Source of the DNA: Escherichia coli
GTDB lineage: Bacteria; Pseudomonadota; Gammaproteobacteria; Enterobacterales; Enterobacteriaceae
NCBI RefSeq assembly: GCF_009931435.1
Contig: NZ_CP043414.1
DNA: 64,000 nt
Strand: one strand, 5' to 3'
Positions 49,470 to 63,346 of the stretch are shown in pieces. Every line of letters begins with the position of its first letter. Position 1 is the stretch's first letter. The notes beneath the pieces were generated by a model, which did not search any database, was not told the origin of the DNA, and was given only the letters and a program-made list of their open reading frames with translations. Made by a program: the position numbers and the translations under genes.

Positions 49470-50549
49470 ATGCAAATACTTGCCGATTTACTGAATACGA
49501 TCCCAGCCATCGATTCTGCCGCTATGTCGCGTGCACAACGGCATATTGACGGGTTACTCAAACCTGTTGGTAGCCTGGGAAAGCTGGAGGCGCTTGCCAT
49601 ACAACTGGCAGGAATGCCGGGGTTGAATGGCATACCGCATGTGGGCAAAAAAGCGGTACTGGTTATGTGTGCCGATCACGGCGTCTGGGAGGAAGGGGTC
49701 GCTATTTCTCCAAAAGAAGTGACAGCCATACAGGCTGAAAATATGACCCGTGGAACAACCGGCGTGTGTGTGCTGGCAGAACAAGCGGGCGCTAACGTCC
49801 ACGTAATTGATGTTGGTATTGATACTGCTGAGCCTATCCCCGGGCTTATCAACATGCGTGTCGCACGAGGTAGCGGCAATATTGCTTCAGCTCCGGCAAT
49901 GAGTCGCCGTCAGGCTGAAAAGTTGCTTTTGGACGTCATATGTTATACGCAGGAGCTGGCAAAAAACGGTGTCACGCTGTTTGGTGTAGGTGAACTGGGG
50001 ATGGCAAACACGACACCGGCAGCAGCAATAGTCAGCACAATCACTGGCCGGGATCCTGAAGAAGTGGTTGGGATTGGCGCAAACCTGCCGACAGATAAAC
50101 TGGCTAATAAAATTGATGTTGTGCGTCGGGCGATTACGTTGAATCAACCAAATCCTCAGGATGGTATTGATGTCCTGGCAAAAGTGGGTGGATTTGATTT
50201 GGTCGGAATAGCTGGAGTGATGTTAGGTGCTGCTTCCTGCGGTTTACCCGTGTTGCTGGATGGATTTCTTTCTTATGCTGCTGCGCTCGCAGCCTGCCAG
50301 ATGTCTCCTGCAATCAAACCGTATCTCATTCCTTCTCACTTGTCGGCAGAAAAAGGCGCGCGTATAGCGCTCTCGCATTTGGGGCTGGAGCCTTATCTCA
50401 ATATGGATATGCGTTTAGGTGAGGGGAGTGGTGCAGCTCTGGCGATGCCCATCATCGAAGCTGCTTGTGCGATATACAACAACATGGGCGAACTTGCTGC
50501 CAGTAATATTGTTCTACCGGGGAATACGACTTCTGATTTGAACTGCTAA
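49470..50549 (+). CDS. cobT: Nicotinate-nucleotide--dimethylbenzimidazole phosphoribosyltransferase
   Basis: 359 aa ORF; cobUST operon order. Confidence 0.9.
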   Translation: MQILADLLNTIPAIDSAAMSRAQRHIDGLLKPVGSLGKLEALAIQLAGMPGLNGIPHVGKKAVLVMCADHGVWEEGVAISPKEVTAIQAENMTRGTTGVCVLAEQAGANVHVIDVGIDTAEPIPGLINMRVARGSGNIASAPAMSRRQAEKLLLDVICYTQELAKNGVTLFGVGELGMANTTPAAAIVSTITGRDPEEVVGIGANLPTDKLANKIDVVRRAITLNQPNPQDGIDVLAKVGGFDLVGIAGVMLGAASCGLPVLLDGFLSYAAALAACQMSPAIKPYLIPSHLSAEKGARIALSHLGLEPYLNMDMRLGEGSGAALAMPIIEAACAIYNNMGELAASNIVLPGNTTSDLNC

Positions 50550-50613
50550 AAACGAAAAGTCTGATAAAAGCTATACTTATCGGATAGTATTCGCGACTTA
50601 GGAAAGGGACATG

Positions 50614-51546
50614 ATGCGTCGTGTAAATATTCTTTGCTCATTTGCTCTGCTTTTTGCCAGCCAAAATAGCCTGGCGGTAACTTATCCATTACCTCCAGAG
50701 GGTAGCCGTTTAGTGGGGCAGTCGCTTACTGTAACTGTTCCTGATCACAATACTCAGCCGCTGGAGACTTTTGCCGCACAATACGGGCAAGGGTTAAGTA
50801 ATATGCTGGAAGCGAATCCGGGCGCTGATGTTTTTTTGCCGAAGCCTGGCTCACAACTCACCATTCCGCAGCAACTGATTTTGCCCGCCACTGTTCGTAA
50901 AGGGATTGTGGTTAACGTCGCTGAAATGCGTCTTTATTACTATCCGCCAGACAGTAACACAGTGGAAGTCTTTCCTATTGGTATCGGCCAGGCTGGGCGA
51001 GAAACCCCGCGTAACTGGGTGACTACCGTTGAACGTAAACAAGAAGCACCAACCTGGACGCCAACGCCGAACACCCGGCGCGAATATGCGAAACGAGGGG
51101 AGAGTTTGCCCGCATTTGTTCCTGCGGGGCCCGATAACCCCATGGGGCTGTACGCGATTTATATTGGCAGGTTGTATGCCATCCACGGTACCAATGCCAA
51201 TTTTGGTATTGGGCTCCGGGTAAGTCAGGGCTGTATTCGTCTGCGCAATGACGATATCAAATATCTGTTTGATAATGTTCCTGTAGGCACTCGTGTACAA
51301 ATTATTGATCAGCCAGTGAAATACACAACGGAACCGGATGGTTCAAAGTGGCTGGAAGTTCATGAGCCGCTGTCGCGCAATCGTGCAGAATATGAGTCTG
51401 ACCGAAAAGTGCCATTGCCGGTAACCCCATCTTTGCGGGCGTTTATCAACGGGCAAGAAGTTGATGTAAATCGCGCAAATGCTGCGTTGCAACGTCGATC
51501 GGGAATGCCTGTGCAAATTAGTTCTGGTTCAAGACAGATGTTTTAA
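50614..51546 (+). CDS. ldtA: L,D-transpeptidase LdtA (ErfK)
   Basis: 310 aa, signal peptide and YkuD catalytic domain (…[20 protein letters not shown]…). Confidence 0.85.
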   Translation: MRRVNILCSFALLFASQNSLAVTYPLPPEGSRLVGQSLTVTVPDHNTQPLETFAAQYGQGLSNMLEANPGADVFLPKPGSQLTIPQQLILPATVRKGIVVNVAEMRLYYYPPDSNTVEVFPIGIGQAGRETPRNWVTTVERKQEAPTWTPTPNTRREYAKRGESLPAFVPAGPDNPMGLYAIYIGRLYAIHGTNANFGIGLRVSQGCIRLRNDDIKYLFDNVPVGTRVQIIDQPVKYTTEPDGSKWLEVHEPLSRNRAEYESDRKVPLPVTPSLRAFINGQEVDVNRANAALQRRSGMPVQISSGSRQMF

Positions 51547-51565
51547 GAGCGTTGGTAATTAGAAA

Positions 51566-51598
51566 GTAAAAAGCCTGCTCGAAAGCAGGCTTTTTTTG
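51566..51598. terminator. Bidirectional terminator between ldtA and tRNA-Asn
   Basis: AAGCCTGCTCGAAAGCAGGCTT hairpin flanked by A-run and T-run. Confidence 0.5.
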
Positions 51599-51602
51599 AA
51601 TT

Positions 51603-51678
51603 TGGCTCCTCTGACTGGACTCGAACCAGTGACATACGGATTAACAGTCCGCCGTTCTACCGACTGAACTACAGAGGA
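51603..51678 (-). tRNA. asnV: tRNA-Asn (GUU)
   Basis: 76-nt sequence TCCTCTGTAGTTCAGTCGGTAGAACGGCGGACTGTTAATCCG…GGAGCCA on minus strand; anticodon GTT. Confidence 0.9.
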
Positions 51679-51933
51679 ATCGTGTGAACGGGGCGCATAT
51701 TAATGGCAGTGCATGGTGATGTCAAAGGGTGAAATGTATTTTTTTGTTTGTTTGCTGCCAATTTCAACAAAGTGGTGAGCTTTCAATCTTATTGTGTAAT
51801 GAACCATCGTGGTGCATACCCTCCTTTTATAGGGCAGGTGAATGCGACTGCTGATAAAAAGGGCCAATGACGAATCTATCATAATCTTTTATTTGACAGT
51901 TGGTTAGCTTGCGCATCAACGCCAAAATAGAAC

Positions 51934-51949
51934 TGGCAAGCATCTTGCT
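51934..51949 (+). promoter_or_regulatory. Putative sigma-54 promoter of nac (GG-N10-GC)
   Basis: TGGCAAGCATCTTGCT about 55 bp upstream of nac start; nac is known to be sigma-54/NtrC dependent. Confidence 0.5.
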
Positions 51950-52004
51950 TTCTGGTTGTAAGTAATGGCGGCACTTGGGCCGATTCTTAAAAACCGGAGG
52001 CAAC

Positions 52005-52922
52005 ATGAACTTCAGACGCCTGAAATACTTCGTAAAAATTGTAGATATTGGTAGCCTGACCCAGGCTGCTGAAGTATTGCATATCGCACAACCAGCGCTC
52101 AGCCAGCAGGTTGCCACACTGGAAGGTGAGTTAAATCAACAGCTTTTGATTCGCACAAAACGGGGCGTTACGCCAACAGACGCCGGAAAAATTCTCTATA
52201 CCCATGCACGGGCCATTTTACGTCAGTGTGAGCAGGCCCAACTGGCGGTGCATAACGTTGGTCAGTCATTATCGGGGCAAGTCTCGATTGGCTTTGCGCC
52301 AGGAACCGCTGCGTCATCCATCACCATGCCCTTATTACAGGCGGTTCGCGCTGAATTCCCGGAGGTCGTTATCTATCTTCATGAAAATAGTGGTGCAGTG
52401 CTTAACGAAAAACTGATAAATCACCAACTCGATATGGCGGTGATTTATGAGCATTCCCCTGTGGCTGGTGTATCCAGTCAGGCTTTACTGAAAGAAGATC
52501 TTTTCCTGGTAGGGACTCAAGATTGTCCGGGGCAAAGCGTTGATGTTAATGCTATTGCACAAATGAACCTCTTTCTTCCCAGTGATTACAGTGCTGTTAG
52601 ACTTCGTGTTGATGAGGCTTTTTCCCTACGGCGACTCACGGCAAAAGTCATTGGTGAAATTGAGTCAATTGCCACGCTTACCGCAGCGATTGCCAGCGGC
52701 ATGGGCGTTGCAGTATTACCCGAATCGGCCGCGCGTTCGTTATGTGGCGCAGTAAACGGGTGGATGTCACGCATTACCACACCTTCCATGAGTCTCTCTT
52801 TGTCATTAAATTTACCCGCCAGAGCGAACTTATCACCACAGGCACAGGCAGTGAAAGAGTTGTTAATGTCAGTGATGAGTTCTCCAGTGATGGAAAAAAG
52901 GCAGTGGCAATTGGTGAGCTAA
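52005..52922 (+). CDS. nac: Nitrogen assimilation control protein Nac (LysR family)
   Basis: 305 aa from MNFRRLKYFVKIVDIGSLTQAAE. Confidence 0.9.
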   Translation: MNFRRLKYFVKIVDIGSLTQAAEVLHIAQPALSQQVATLEGELNQQLLIRTKRGVTPTDAGKILYTHARAILRQCEQAQLAVHNVGQSLSGQVSIGFAPGTAASSITMPLLQAVRAEFPEVVIYLHENSGAVLNEKLINHQLDMAVIYEHSPVAGVSSQALLKEDLFLVGTQDCPGQSVDVNAIAQMNLFLPSDYSAVRLRVDEAFSLRRLTAKVIGEIESIATLTAAIASGMGVAVLPESAARSLCGAVNGWMSRITTPSMSLSLSLNLPARANLSPQAQAVKELLMSVMSSPVMEKRQWQLVS

Positions 52923-53023
52923 GCGTTATATCGGGATGGAATAAGATGCGGGTTTTTATTATTTGTTATGCCGGGCATTAGACTTTAACAATGACGGAAA
53001 ATCTGAACTGCCCGGAGTTTACC

Positions 53024-53974
53024 GTGAATTTCCAACAACTAAAGATAATCCGCGAGGCTGCACGTCAGGATTACAACCTGACAGAGGTTGCGAATATGCT
53101 TTTTACCTCACAGTCCGGCGTCAGCCGTCATATTCGGGAACTGGAGGATGAACTTGGCATCGAAATATTTGTTCGACGAGGTAAGCGACTGCTGGGCATG
53201 ACTGAACCGGGCAAAGCATTACTGGTCATTGCAGAACGTATTCTGAATGAAGCCAGTAATGTTCGTCGGCTTGCAGACCTGTTTACCAACGATACGTCTG
53301 GCGTTCTCACTATTGCAACAACGCATACTCAGGCACGTTATAGCTTGCCTGAGGTCATTAAAGCTTTTCGCGAACTTTTCCCGGAGGTTCGGCTGGAGCT
53401 AATCCAGGGTACGCCACAGGAAATTGCGACGTTGTTGCAAAATGGCGAAGCTGATATTGGTATCGCCAGCGAGCGTTTGAGTAATGACCCGCAGCTCGTC
53501 GCCTTCCCGTGGTTTCGTTGGCACCATAGTTTGCTTGTTCCACTCGATCATCCCTTGACGCAAATTACACCGTTGACGCTGGAATCAATAGCGAAGTGGC
53601 CGTTAATCACTTACCGACAGGGGATTACGGGGCGCTCACGTATTGATGACGCATTTGCCCGCAAAGGTTTGCCGGCAGATATTGTATTAAGTGCACAGGA
53701 TTCTGATGTCATTAAAACCTATGTTGCTCTTGGGCTTGGGATCGGATTAGTTGCCGAACAATCCAGCGGTGCACAAGAGGAAGAGAATTTAATCCGCCTG
53801 GATACGCGGCATCTTTTCGATGCTAATACTGTCTGGTTGGGACTGAAGCGAGGACAACTTCAGCGTAACTATGTCTGGCGCTTTCTGGAACTTTGTAATG
53901 CAGGACTGTCAGTTGAGGATATCAAGCGCCAGGTGATGGAAAACAGTGAAGAGGAAATTGATTATCAGATATAG
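53024..53974 (+). CDS. cbl: LysR-family regulator Cbl (cys regulon accessory activator)
   Basis: 316 aa, probable GTG start (MNFQQLKIIREAARQDYNLTEVA). Confidence 0.85.
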   Translation: MNFQQLKIIREAARQDYNLTEVANMLFTSQSGVSRHIRELEDELGIEIFVRRGKRLLGMTEPGKALLVIAERILNEASNVRRLADLFTNDTSGVLTIATTHTQARYSLPEVIKAFRELFPEVRLELIQGTPQEIATLLQNGEADIGIASERLSNDPQLVAFPWFRWHHSLLVPLDHPLTQITPLTLESIAKWPLITYRQGITGRSRIDDAFARKGLPADIVLSAQDSDVIKTYVALGLGIGLVAEQSSGAQEEENLIRLDTRHLFDANTVWLGLKRGQLQRNYVWRFLELCNAGLSVEDIKRQVMENSEEEIDYQI

Positions 53975-54011
53975 CAAAAAGCCCGCTATAAAAGCGGGCT
54001 TTTCAGAAATT

Positions 54012-54087
54012 TGGCTCCTCTGACTGGACTCGAACCAGTGACATACGGATTAACAGTCCGCCGTTCTACCGACTGAACTACAGAGGA
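54012..54087 (-). tRNA. asnU: tRNA-Asn (GUU)
   Basis: Identical 76-nt tRNA-Asn sequence on minus strand. Confidence 0.9.
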
Positions 54088-54247
54088 ATCGCTGTTGAGG
54101 CACATCTTAACGGCGAAAAATCTTTTGTCAAACCCGATTTTTAAATTCCCCAACTGTTTGCCGTTTCTATCAACAGTTTGTTGCATTTGCAGACAATTTG
54201 TTGGCGAAAATCTTTGCAGCTTTGCTGATTCTCCCTCATTATTTGAA

Positions 54248-54876
54248 ATGTGGTTTCACTTTCTGCAATTAAGGTCGGCTTTGAATATCTCCTCTGCTTT
54301 ACGTCAGGTTGTTCACGGCACTCGCTGGCACGCTAAACGCAAGAGCTACAAAGTGTTGTTCTGGCGCGAGATAACCCCGCTTGCTGTTCCTATCTTCATG
54401 GAGAATACCTGTGTCCTGTTGATGGGGGTTCTGAGCACTTTTCTGGTCAGCTGGCTGGGAAAAGATGCGATGGCCGGCGTGGGATTGGCGGACAGCTTCA
54501 ATATGGTCATTATGGCTTTTTTTGCTGCTATCGATCTTGGTACTACTGTCGTTGTGGCATTTAGTCTCGGTAAGCGGGATCGACGACGAGCGAGGGTGGC
54601 GACGCGGCAGTCATTGGTGATCATGACGTTGTTTGCCGTACTGTTGGCAACGCTTATTCATCATTTTGGCGAGCAAATTATTGATTTCGTCGCGGGTGAT
54701 GCCACGACAGAAGTTAAAGCACTGGCGTTGACTTATCTGGAGCTGACGGTACTCAGTTATCCAGCAGCTGCCATCACTCTAATTGGTAGCGGGGCACTTC
54801 GTGGTGCAGGGAATACGAAAATACCGCTACTGATTAACGGTAGCCTGAATATTCTTAATATTATTATTAGCGGCAT
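54248..54876 (+). pseudogene. yeeO: MATE efflux transporter YeeO, 5' portion (disrupted by IS1 insertion)
   Basis: Frame from MWFHFLQLRSAL… to …NILNIIISG then IS1 inverted repeat. Confidence 0.85.
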
Positions 54877-55313
54877 GGTAATGACTCCAACTTACTGATA
54901 GTGTTTTATGTTCAGATAATGCCCGATGACTTTGTCATGCAGCTCCACCGATTTTGAGAACGACAGTAACTTCCGTCCCAGCCTTGCCAGATGTTGTCTC
55001 AGATTCAGATTATGTCGCTCAATGCGCTGAGTGTAACGCTTGCTGATAACGTGCAGCTTTCCCTTCAGGCGTGATTCATACAGCGGCCAGCCATCCGTCA
55101 TCCATACCACGACCTCAAAGGCCGACAGCAGGCTCAGAAGACGCTCCAGTGTGGCCAGAGTGCGTTCACCGAAAACGTGCGCCACAACTGTCCTCCGTAT
55201 CCTGTCATACGCGTAAAACAGCCAGCGCTGACGTGATTTAGCACCGACGTAGCCCCACTGTTCGTCCATTTCAGCGCAGACAATCACATCACTGCCCGGT
55301 TGTATGCGCGAGG

Positions 55314-57576
<2,263 letters not shown>

Positions 57577-57603
57577 CTAAATCAGTAAGTTGGCAGCATT
57601 ACC

Positions 57604-58471
57604 TAGCGGCATATTGATTTACGGCCTTTTCTCCTGGCCGGGACTGGGATTTGTCGGGGCTGGGTTGGGTTTAACCATTTCTCGTTATATTGGCGCAGTT
57701 GCAATTTTGTGGGTGCTGGCGATTGGTTTTAATCCTGCGCTAAGGATTTCGTTAAAGAGCTATTTTAAACCGCTGAATTTTAGCATTATCTGGGAAGTCA
57801 TGGGGATTGGTATTCCAGCGAGTGTCGAATCAGTGTTATTTACCAGTGGTCGGTTATTAACCCAAATGTTCGTTGCCGGGATGGGGACCAGTGTTATTGC
57901 CGGAAATTTTATCGCGTTTTCAATTGCGGCTCTTATCAACTTACCCGGAAGTGCGCTCGGCTCTGCTTCTACGATCATTACAGGCCGAAGGTTGGGGGTA
58001 GGGCAGATAGCGCAAGCAGAGATTCAGTTGCGGCATGTGTTCTGGCTGTCCACTCTTGGATTAACGGCCATCGCCTGGCTAACGGCTCCCTTTGCCGGGC
58101 TTATGGCATCGTTTTACACCCAGGATCCACAGGTTAAACATGTCGTTGTGATTCTGATTTGGCTAAATGCTTTATTTATGCCTATTTGGTCCGCCTCATG
58201 GGTGCTACCCGCTGGATTTAAAGGTGCTCGTGATGCCCGTTACGCCATGTGGGTTTCGATGTTGAGCATGTGGGGTTGTCGGGTTGTAGTCGGTTATGTG
58301 CTGGGAATCATGCTTGGCTGGGGTGTGGTTGGTGTCTGGATGGGAATGTTTGCCGACTGGGCTGTGCGGGCCGTGCTGTTTTACTGGCGAATGGTTACTG
58401 GACGTTGGCTATGGAAATACCCTCGACCCGAGCCGCAAAAGTGTGAAAAAAAGCCAGTTGTGTCGGAATAA
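57604..58471 (+). pseudogene. yeeO: MATE efflux transporter YeeO, 3' portion
   Basis: Frame resumes …SGILIYGLFSWPGLGF… right after the IS1 right end. Confidence 0.85.
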
Positions 58472-58571
58472 ACGACAAAATGCAGATTATTTCAGCAAAC
58501 GATTTCAAATTTAAAAAACAGGCTTTGACATTGTGGGTGGGCATCGCTAATATTCGCCTCGTTCTCACGAT

Positions 58572-58647
58572 TCCTCTGTAGTTCAGTCGGTAGAACGGCG
58601 GACTGTTAATCCGTATGTCACTGGTTCGAGTCCAGTCAGAGGAGCCA
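58572..58647 (+). tRNA. asnW: tRNA-Asn (GUU)
   Basis: Identical 76-nt tRNA-Asn on plus strand (inverted relative to the other two copies). Confidence 0.9.
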
Positions 58648-58707
58648 AATTTTAGTTTTGAGACATCTCTATGAGTCTCAAAACAGTTAAAAAATAAAAA
58701 TTATTTT

Positions 58708-58746
58708 TACCCGGTTACCTTGTAAAAAAGTGACCGGGTTTTTTGA
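58708..58746 (+). terminator. Putative rho-independent terminator downstream of tRNA-Asn
   Basis: CCCGGTTACC…GTGACCGGG hairpin followed by TTTTTT. Confidence 0.45.
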
Positions 58747-59099
58747 TTTCTGTGTTTCGTGCGCTTAATCGAGTCTCACGCTTCAGTGAGCAAGTTGCCC
58801 CCCAACAGACATCACGATTCGCAAGGTCAAAAACTCTGTTCCATGAAGTACCGTACAAAGATAAAGAGAAAAATGCCTTATGCGGGATGTCGCTATCGCG
58901 TCTTTATCGGGAAACTATGCGTTATTGCCACTTTGCCTTCTGTAATCAGAAAAAGAAGAACTGGAATTTTAATAAATATTATTTCTCTGGGGACGGGGAT
59001 TTTTTATAATCAATATGACGAGTTGAACATTATATTTTTTATAAGGGTTATATGAGATTAAAGAAATCTGCCGTAAAGACAGATTTCTTTAAAATATAA

Positions 59100-59816
59100 T
59101 TAGAGATTTGCGACGTTATGATAAACTTTTTGTACATCGTCGTCATCTTCAAGGGCATCAACAAGCCCTTCAAAGATTTCTAAATCTTCTGGGGAAAGCT
59201 CAACTTCAGATTGAGCAATCATTTCTAATTCTGTTGTTGAGAACTCAGTGATTCCAGCTGCTTTTAGAGCCGCGATTCCTTTATGAAGGTCAGTAGGTTC
59301 GGTATAAATAACAATGTTACCTTCTTCTTCAGTCACATCACGAACATCAACTTCAGCTTCAAGTAAAATTTCAAAAATATGGTCAGGGTCTGATCCTTTA
59401 AATACAATCACACCCGTATTGTCAAACATATAGCTGACAGAACCTGCCGCTCCGATATTGCCGCCTTTTTTATTGAAAATTGTGCGAACGTTAGCAATCG
59501 TACGGTTAACATTTGAAGTCAATGTCTCGGCGATAATCATTGAGCCATTAGGACCAAAGCCTTCATAACGTCCCTGCACGAACGTTTCATCTCCGCCGCC
59601 TTTGGCTTTATCAATTGCTTTATCAATAACGTGCTTTGGAACTTGTGCCTGCTTTGCACGTTCAATAACGAATTTTAAAGATGTGTTTAATTCTGGATCG
59701 GGTTCACCTTGTTTAGCAGCAGCATAGATTTCTACACCGAATTTTGCATAAATTTTAGACGTTGCACCGTCTTTAGCCGTTTTTTTAGCAACAATATTGG
59801 CCCATTTACGTCCCAC
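59100..59816 (-). CDS. yeeN: YebC/PmpR-family transcriptional regulator YeeN
   Basis: 238 aa [18 protein letters not shown]… typical YebC family. Confidence 0.85.
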   Translation of the reverse strand: MGRKWANIVAKKTAKDGATSKIYAKFGVEIYAAAKQGEPDPELNTSLKFVIERAKQAQVPKHVIDKAIDKAKGGGDETFVQGRYEGFGPNGSMIIAETLTSNVNRTIANVRTIFNKKGGNIGAAGSVSYMFDNTGVIVFKGSDPDHIFEILLEAEVDVRDVTEEEGNIVIYTEPTDLHKGIAALKAAGITEFSTTELEMIAQSEVELSPEDLEIFEGLVDALEDDDDVQKVYHNVANL

Positions 59817-60158
59817 TGGAATGATCTCCTCGAAAATTTATTTACATTACTGGTAAATCGTTAACATGTGTTAATTCGGCATATTATATCATAACAGGAA
59901 AAATCTCGTCTATTAGGAATAAAAATATTCTAAAGCCATAATCTTATATTTAATTTTATAAAAACTTATATTGTTGGCGGGATTTTTTATAATTGTGTTT
60001 TGAAAGCATACTTGCTTTTAATATGTGGAAATCATTAAGACGATAATAAAACACGTATCCGCCCAAGGAAGCAAACAGCCCACGATTATTGCAGGCTATT
60101 TGCCAGGTCTCTTACTTACTCCTTCACATCTATTTCTGATAAGAAGGTTCAGAACTTA

Positions 60159-61613
60159 TTATCGGAACGGCGGCTCATTAAAGGTTCGTAATTTACGCGA
60201 ATGCAGTCGGTCGCCTTCTGCGCGCAGCAAATCGATCGCCCGAATGCCAATTTGCAGATGTTCGGAAATAGCGCCTTCATAAAAACGGTTAGCCTGGCCG
60301 GGAAGTTTAATCTCGCCATGCAACGGTTTATCTGAAACACACAGTAGTGTCCCGTATGGCACGCGGAAACGATATCCTTGCGCGGCAATGGTTGCACTTT
60401 CCATATCAATTGCTACGGCCCGGCTTAAGTTAAAACGAAGTGCAGAAGCTGAGTAACGTAATTCCCAGTTCCTGTCATCTGTGGTTACCACAGTACCAGT
60501 ACGTAGCCGCTGTTTGACTTCCTCACCGGGCCTGCCGCTCACCAGCTTGGTGGCGTCATAAAGCGCACGTTGCACTTCAGCAATGCTCGGAATAGGAATA
60601 TCGGGCGGCAGAACCGCATCAAGAACGTGGTCATCGCGTAAATAAGCGTGTGCAAGTACATAATCGCCAATGGCCTGACTTTCACGTAATCCGCCACAGT
60701 GACCAATCATCAACCAGACATCCGGGCGTAGCACTGCCAGATGATCGCAGATGGTTTTAGCATTTGACGGTCCCACGCCAATATTCACCAGAGTAATACC
60801 CTGACCATTGGCGGTAATTAAATGCCATGCTGGCATCTGATGTTTTTTCCATGCAAGGTCGGAAATGGCTTCTTCTGGCGCTTCGGTTTCGGCGGTGATC
60901 CAGTTCCCGCCAGCACAAGAAAGGGCAATGTAGGGACTATCAGGATCGAGGATCTGGCTGCATCCCCAACGAACGAATTCATCCACATAACGTGTGTAGT
61001 TGGTAAACAAGACGAACGGCTGAAAATGTTCAACTGGCGTACCGGTATAATGGCGCAACCGCGCGAGGGAAAAATCGACGCGGCGCGCATCAAAATGCGA
61101 TAGCGGGGAGAATTCAGTTGGATGATAAATGCCGTCTGCAGTTTCATCGCCAATTTGCGCCAGTTCTGTTGTCGGGAAGTAGCGAGTTAACCCAGCGCTC
61201 ATTGAGCGATCAAGTGTCAATTCAGAGCCATCGATGACATAAGGATAGGGGATTTCATGCTGCGAGGGTTGCACCGAGATATGCGCACCATAATCCTGAT
61301 ACAGCAACGTAAGTTGTTCATTGAGATACGAACGAAAGAGAGTAGGGCGAGTAATCGTGGTGGTGTAGCTGCCTGCGTGAGTAAAACGACCAAATGCGCG
61401 CGTTTTGGGGGGATTGGTTGTGCTACCGTCCCAGGTTACGGTCAGTGATGGATAGACAAAAAGACCTTGTTTGCGGGCGTTTTCATCAGGTAATTCGCCA
61501 CTTGTAATATAGTTGCCAATGGCGTTGCGTAATGCGACTACAGATTGCTCATACAGCGCGTCGAGTTTATCCAGTGCCTGAGCTGGGGTCAGACCGGAGC
61601 CCTTATTATTCAT
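60159..61613 (-). CDS. amn: AMP nucleosidase
   Basis: 484 aa from MNNKGSGLTPAQALDKL; the longer ORF has 52 extra upstream codons. Confidence 0.9.
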   Translation of the reverse strand: MNNKGSGLTPAQALDKLDALYEQSVVALRNAIGNYITSGELPDENARKQGLFVYPSLTVTWDGSTTNPPKTRAFGRFTHAGSYTTTITRPTLFRSYLNEQLTLLYQDYGAHISVQPSQHEIPYPYVIDGSELTLDRSMSAGLTRYFPTTELAQIGDETADGIYHPTEFSPLSHFDARRVDFSLARLRHYTGTPVEHFQPFVLFTNYTRYVDEFVRWGCSQILDPDSPYIALSCAGGNWITAETEAPEEAISDLAWKKHQMPAWHLITANGQGITLVNIGVGPSNAKTICDHLAVLRPDVWLMIGHCGGLRESQAIGDYVLAHAYLRDDHVLDAVLPPDIPIPSIAEVQRALYDATKLVSGRPGEEVKQRLRTGTVVTTDDRNWELRYSASALRFNLSRAVAIDMESATIAAQGYRFRVPYGTLLCVSDKPLHGEIKLPGQANRFYEGAISEHLQIGIRAIDLLRAEGDRLHSRKLRTFNEPPFR

Positions 61614-61714
61614 GTGTGTCTCCTGTTCCATACAATTACCGCACATCCGATAGTATGTCACAGGAATGTGAAACAAAAGTGTAAGGCGAAGATCGGATGA
61701 TCTTCGCCAGGCTA

Positions 61715-63031
61715 TCAAGCGCGGTGATTGTCTTTCATCAACAAAGCGGTCATTGCGGAAATCAGACATCCAGCCAGCAAATAAATGGCGACGCTATGCC
61801 AGTTCCCGGCAAAGTAAGTGATGAGCGCAGCGGCAATAAAAGGTGTAAATCCACCGCCAACCACACTGGCGACCTGATAACCGACTCCAGCACCACTATA
61901 GCGATAACTGGCACCAAACATTTCGGTAAACATCGGTTGTTGCACACACACCACCATGTCATGCGCAATGTTTGCCAGCATTATGGAGAAGAAAACTATC
62001 CAGAAAATAGATTGTGCTTCAAGCGCCATAAAGAAAGGAAATGCGCTCAACGTTCCGATTAACGCACCTGTGATATAAACCCTGCGGCGACCAAAACGAT
62101 CGGCAAGCCAGGCAAAACAGGGAATTGTCAGGCAGCTTAATCCACCTACCAGCAAACCAATATTGAGGAAAAGTTCGCGCGGTAACCCCATATTCTGGGT
62201 TGAATAATTAAGTGCAAAGGCAGTAACGATGTACATCGTCAGCAATTCGCACAGTCGTAGCGCAATAATCTTCAGGAAAGCACCGGGATGTCGTAACAGC
62301 GCTTCGATAACCGGGATGCGTTTTTTCGCGGCAGCTTGATAATGTTGCTGTTGTTCAAATTCCGCGGACTCCTCCATGCCATTGCGCACCCACAATGCTC
62401 CCAGTACCAGTACGATGCTAAACAGGAAAGGAATGCGCCAGCCCCAGCTTAAAAACTGTTCGTCAGTCGTCATCATACTGATCAATGAAACCAGTCCGGT
62501 TGAAAGCAGTAAACCTACACCGTAGCCAACTTGTACACCGCTACTGTAAAAGGCTTTTTTATTTTTCGGTGCACTTTCAACGGAAAGCAACGCCGCGCCT
62601 CCCCATTCGCCGCCGACGGCAAATCCCTGAATGGCACGCAGTGTCACCAGCAAAATAGGTGCCCACCACCCAATGGTCGAGAATGAAGGAAGAATACCAA
62701 TCAAGGCTGTCGCGATGCCCATCATCCAGACGGTCAGCATTAACATGCGCTTACGTCCCAGTCGGTCGCCAAAGTGACCGAAAATGACACCGCCGAGCGG
62801 ACGGAAAAGAAATCCGACGCCAAAGGTAGCAAATGCGGCGAGCGTTCCCATCGCCGGGCTTACTTGCGGGAAAAACTCGCGATTAAACACCAGTGCGGCG
62901 GTGATGCCATAGAGTAAAAAATCATACCAGTCGACGACGGCACCAGCGAAGCTGCCTAACGCAGCTCGTCGGGCGCGACTTAACGAAAGCGTCCCTTCAT
63001 CGGGACGAGTGGAGATGAGCGTGGAGTCCAT
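61715..63031 (-). CDS. shiA: Shikimate transporter ShiA (MFS)
   Basis: 438 aa, 12-TM major facilitator with family signature motifs. Confidence 0.9.
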   Translation of the reverse strand: MDSTLISTRPDEGTLSLSRARRAALGSFAGAVVDWYDFLLYGITAALVFNREFFPQVSPAMGTLAAFATFGVGFLFRPLGGVIFGHFGDRLGRKRMLMLTVWMMGIATALIGILPSFSTIGWWAPILLVTLRAIQGFAVGGEWGGAALLSVESAPKNKKAFYSSGVQVGYGVGLLLSTGLVSLISMMTTDEQFLSWGWRIPFLFSIVLVLGALWVRNGMEESAEFEQQQHYQAAAKKRIPVIEALLRHPGAFLKIIALRLCELLTMYIVTAFALNYSTQNMGLPRELFLNIGLLVGGLSCLTIPCFAWLADRFGRRRVYITGALIGTLSAFPFFMALEAQSIFWIVFFSIMLANIAHDMVVCVQQPMFTEMFGASYRYSGAGVGYQVASVVGGGFTPFIAAALITYFAGNWHSVAIYLLAGCLISAMTALLMKDNHRA

Positions 63032-63346
63032 AATGATCCTGTTTGTACTGTCTTTTTATAATTAGTATGGAAAAGGTAACTCACATTGCCGTCGATCTAT
63101 AAACGAACCTTATGAGACTACCTCGACAGAGCGCATCTGCAAATGATTTTATGGCTGATTAGCGGCAACATGAAAAATTCGATGGAAGATGAAAGCGCAG
63201 GAGTTGCTGGTGTTGTTTAAGGATTAAGCAGAGGACCCACAGGTTAGAGATATGAAACATAAAAGTCCGCATATGCACAAAATGGCACCCTGATGAGTCT
63301 GATAGACTGCATTGCATTATAACCAGTAGGGAGGCGAGGTTAGGTA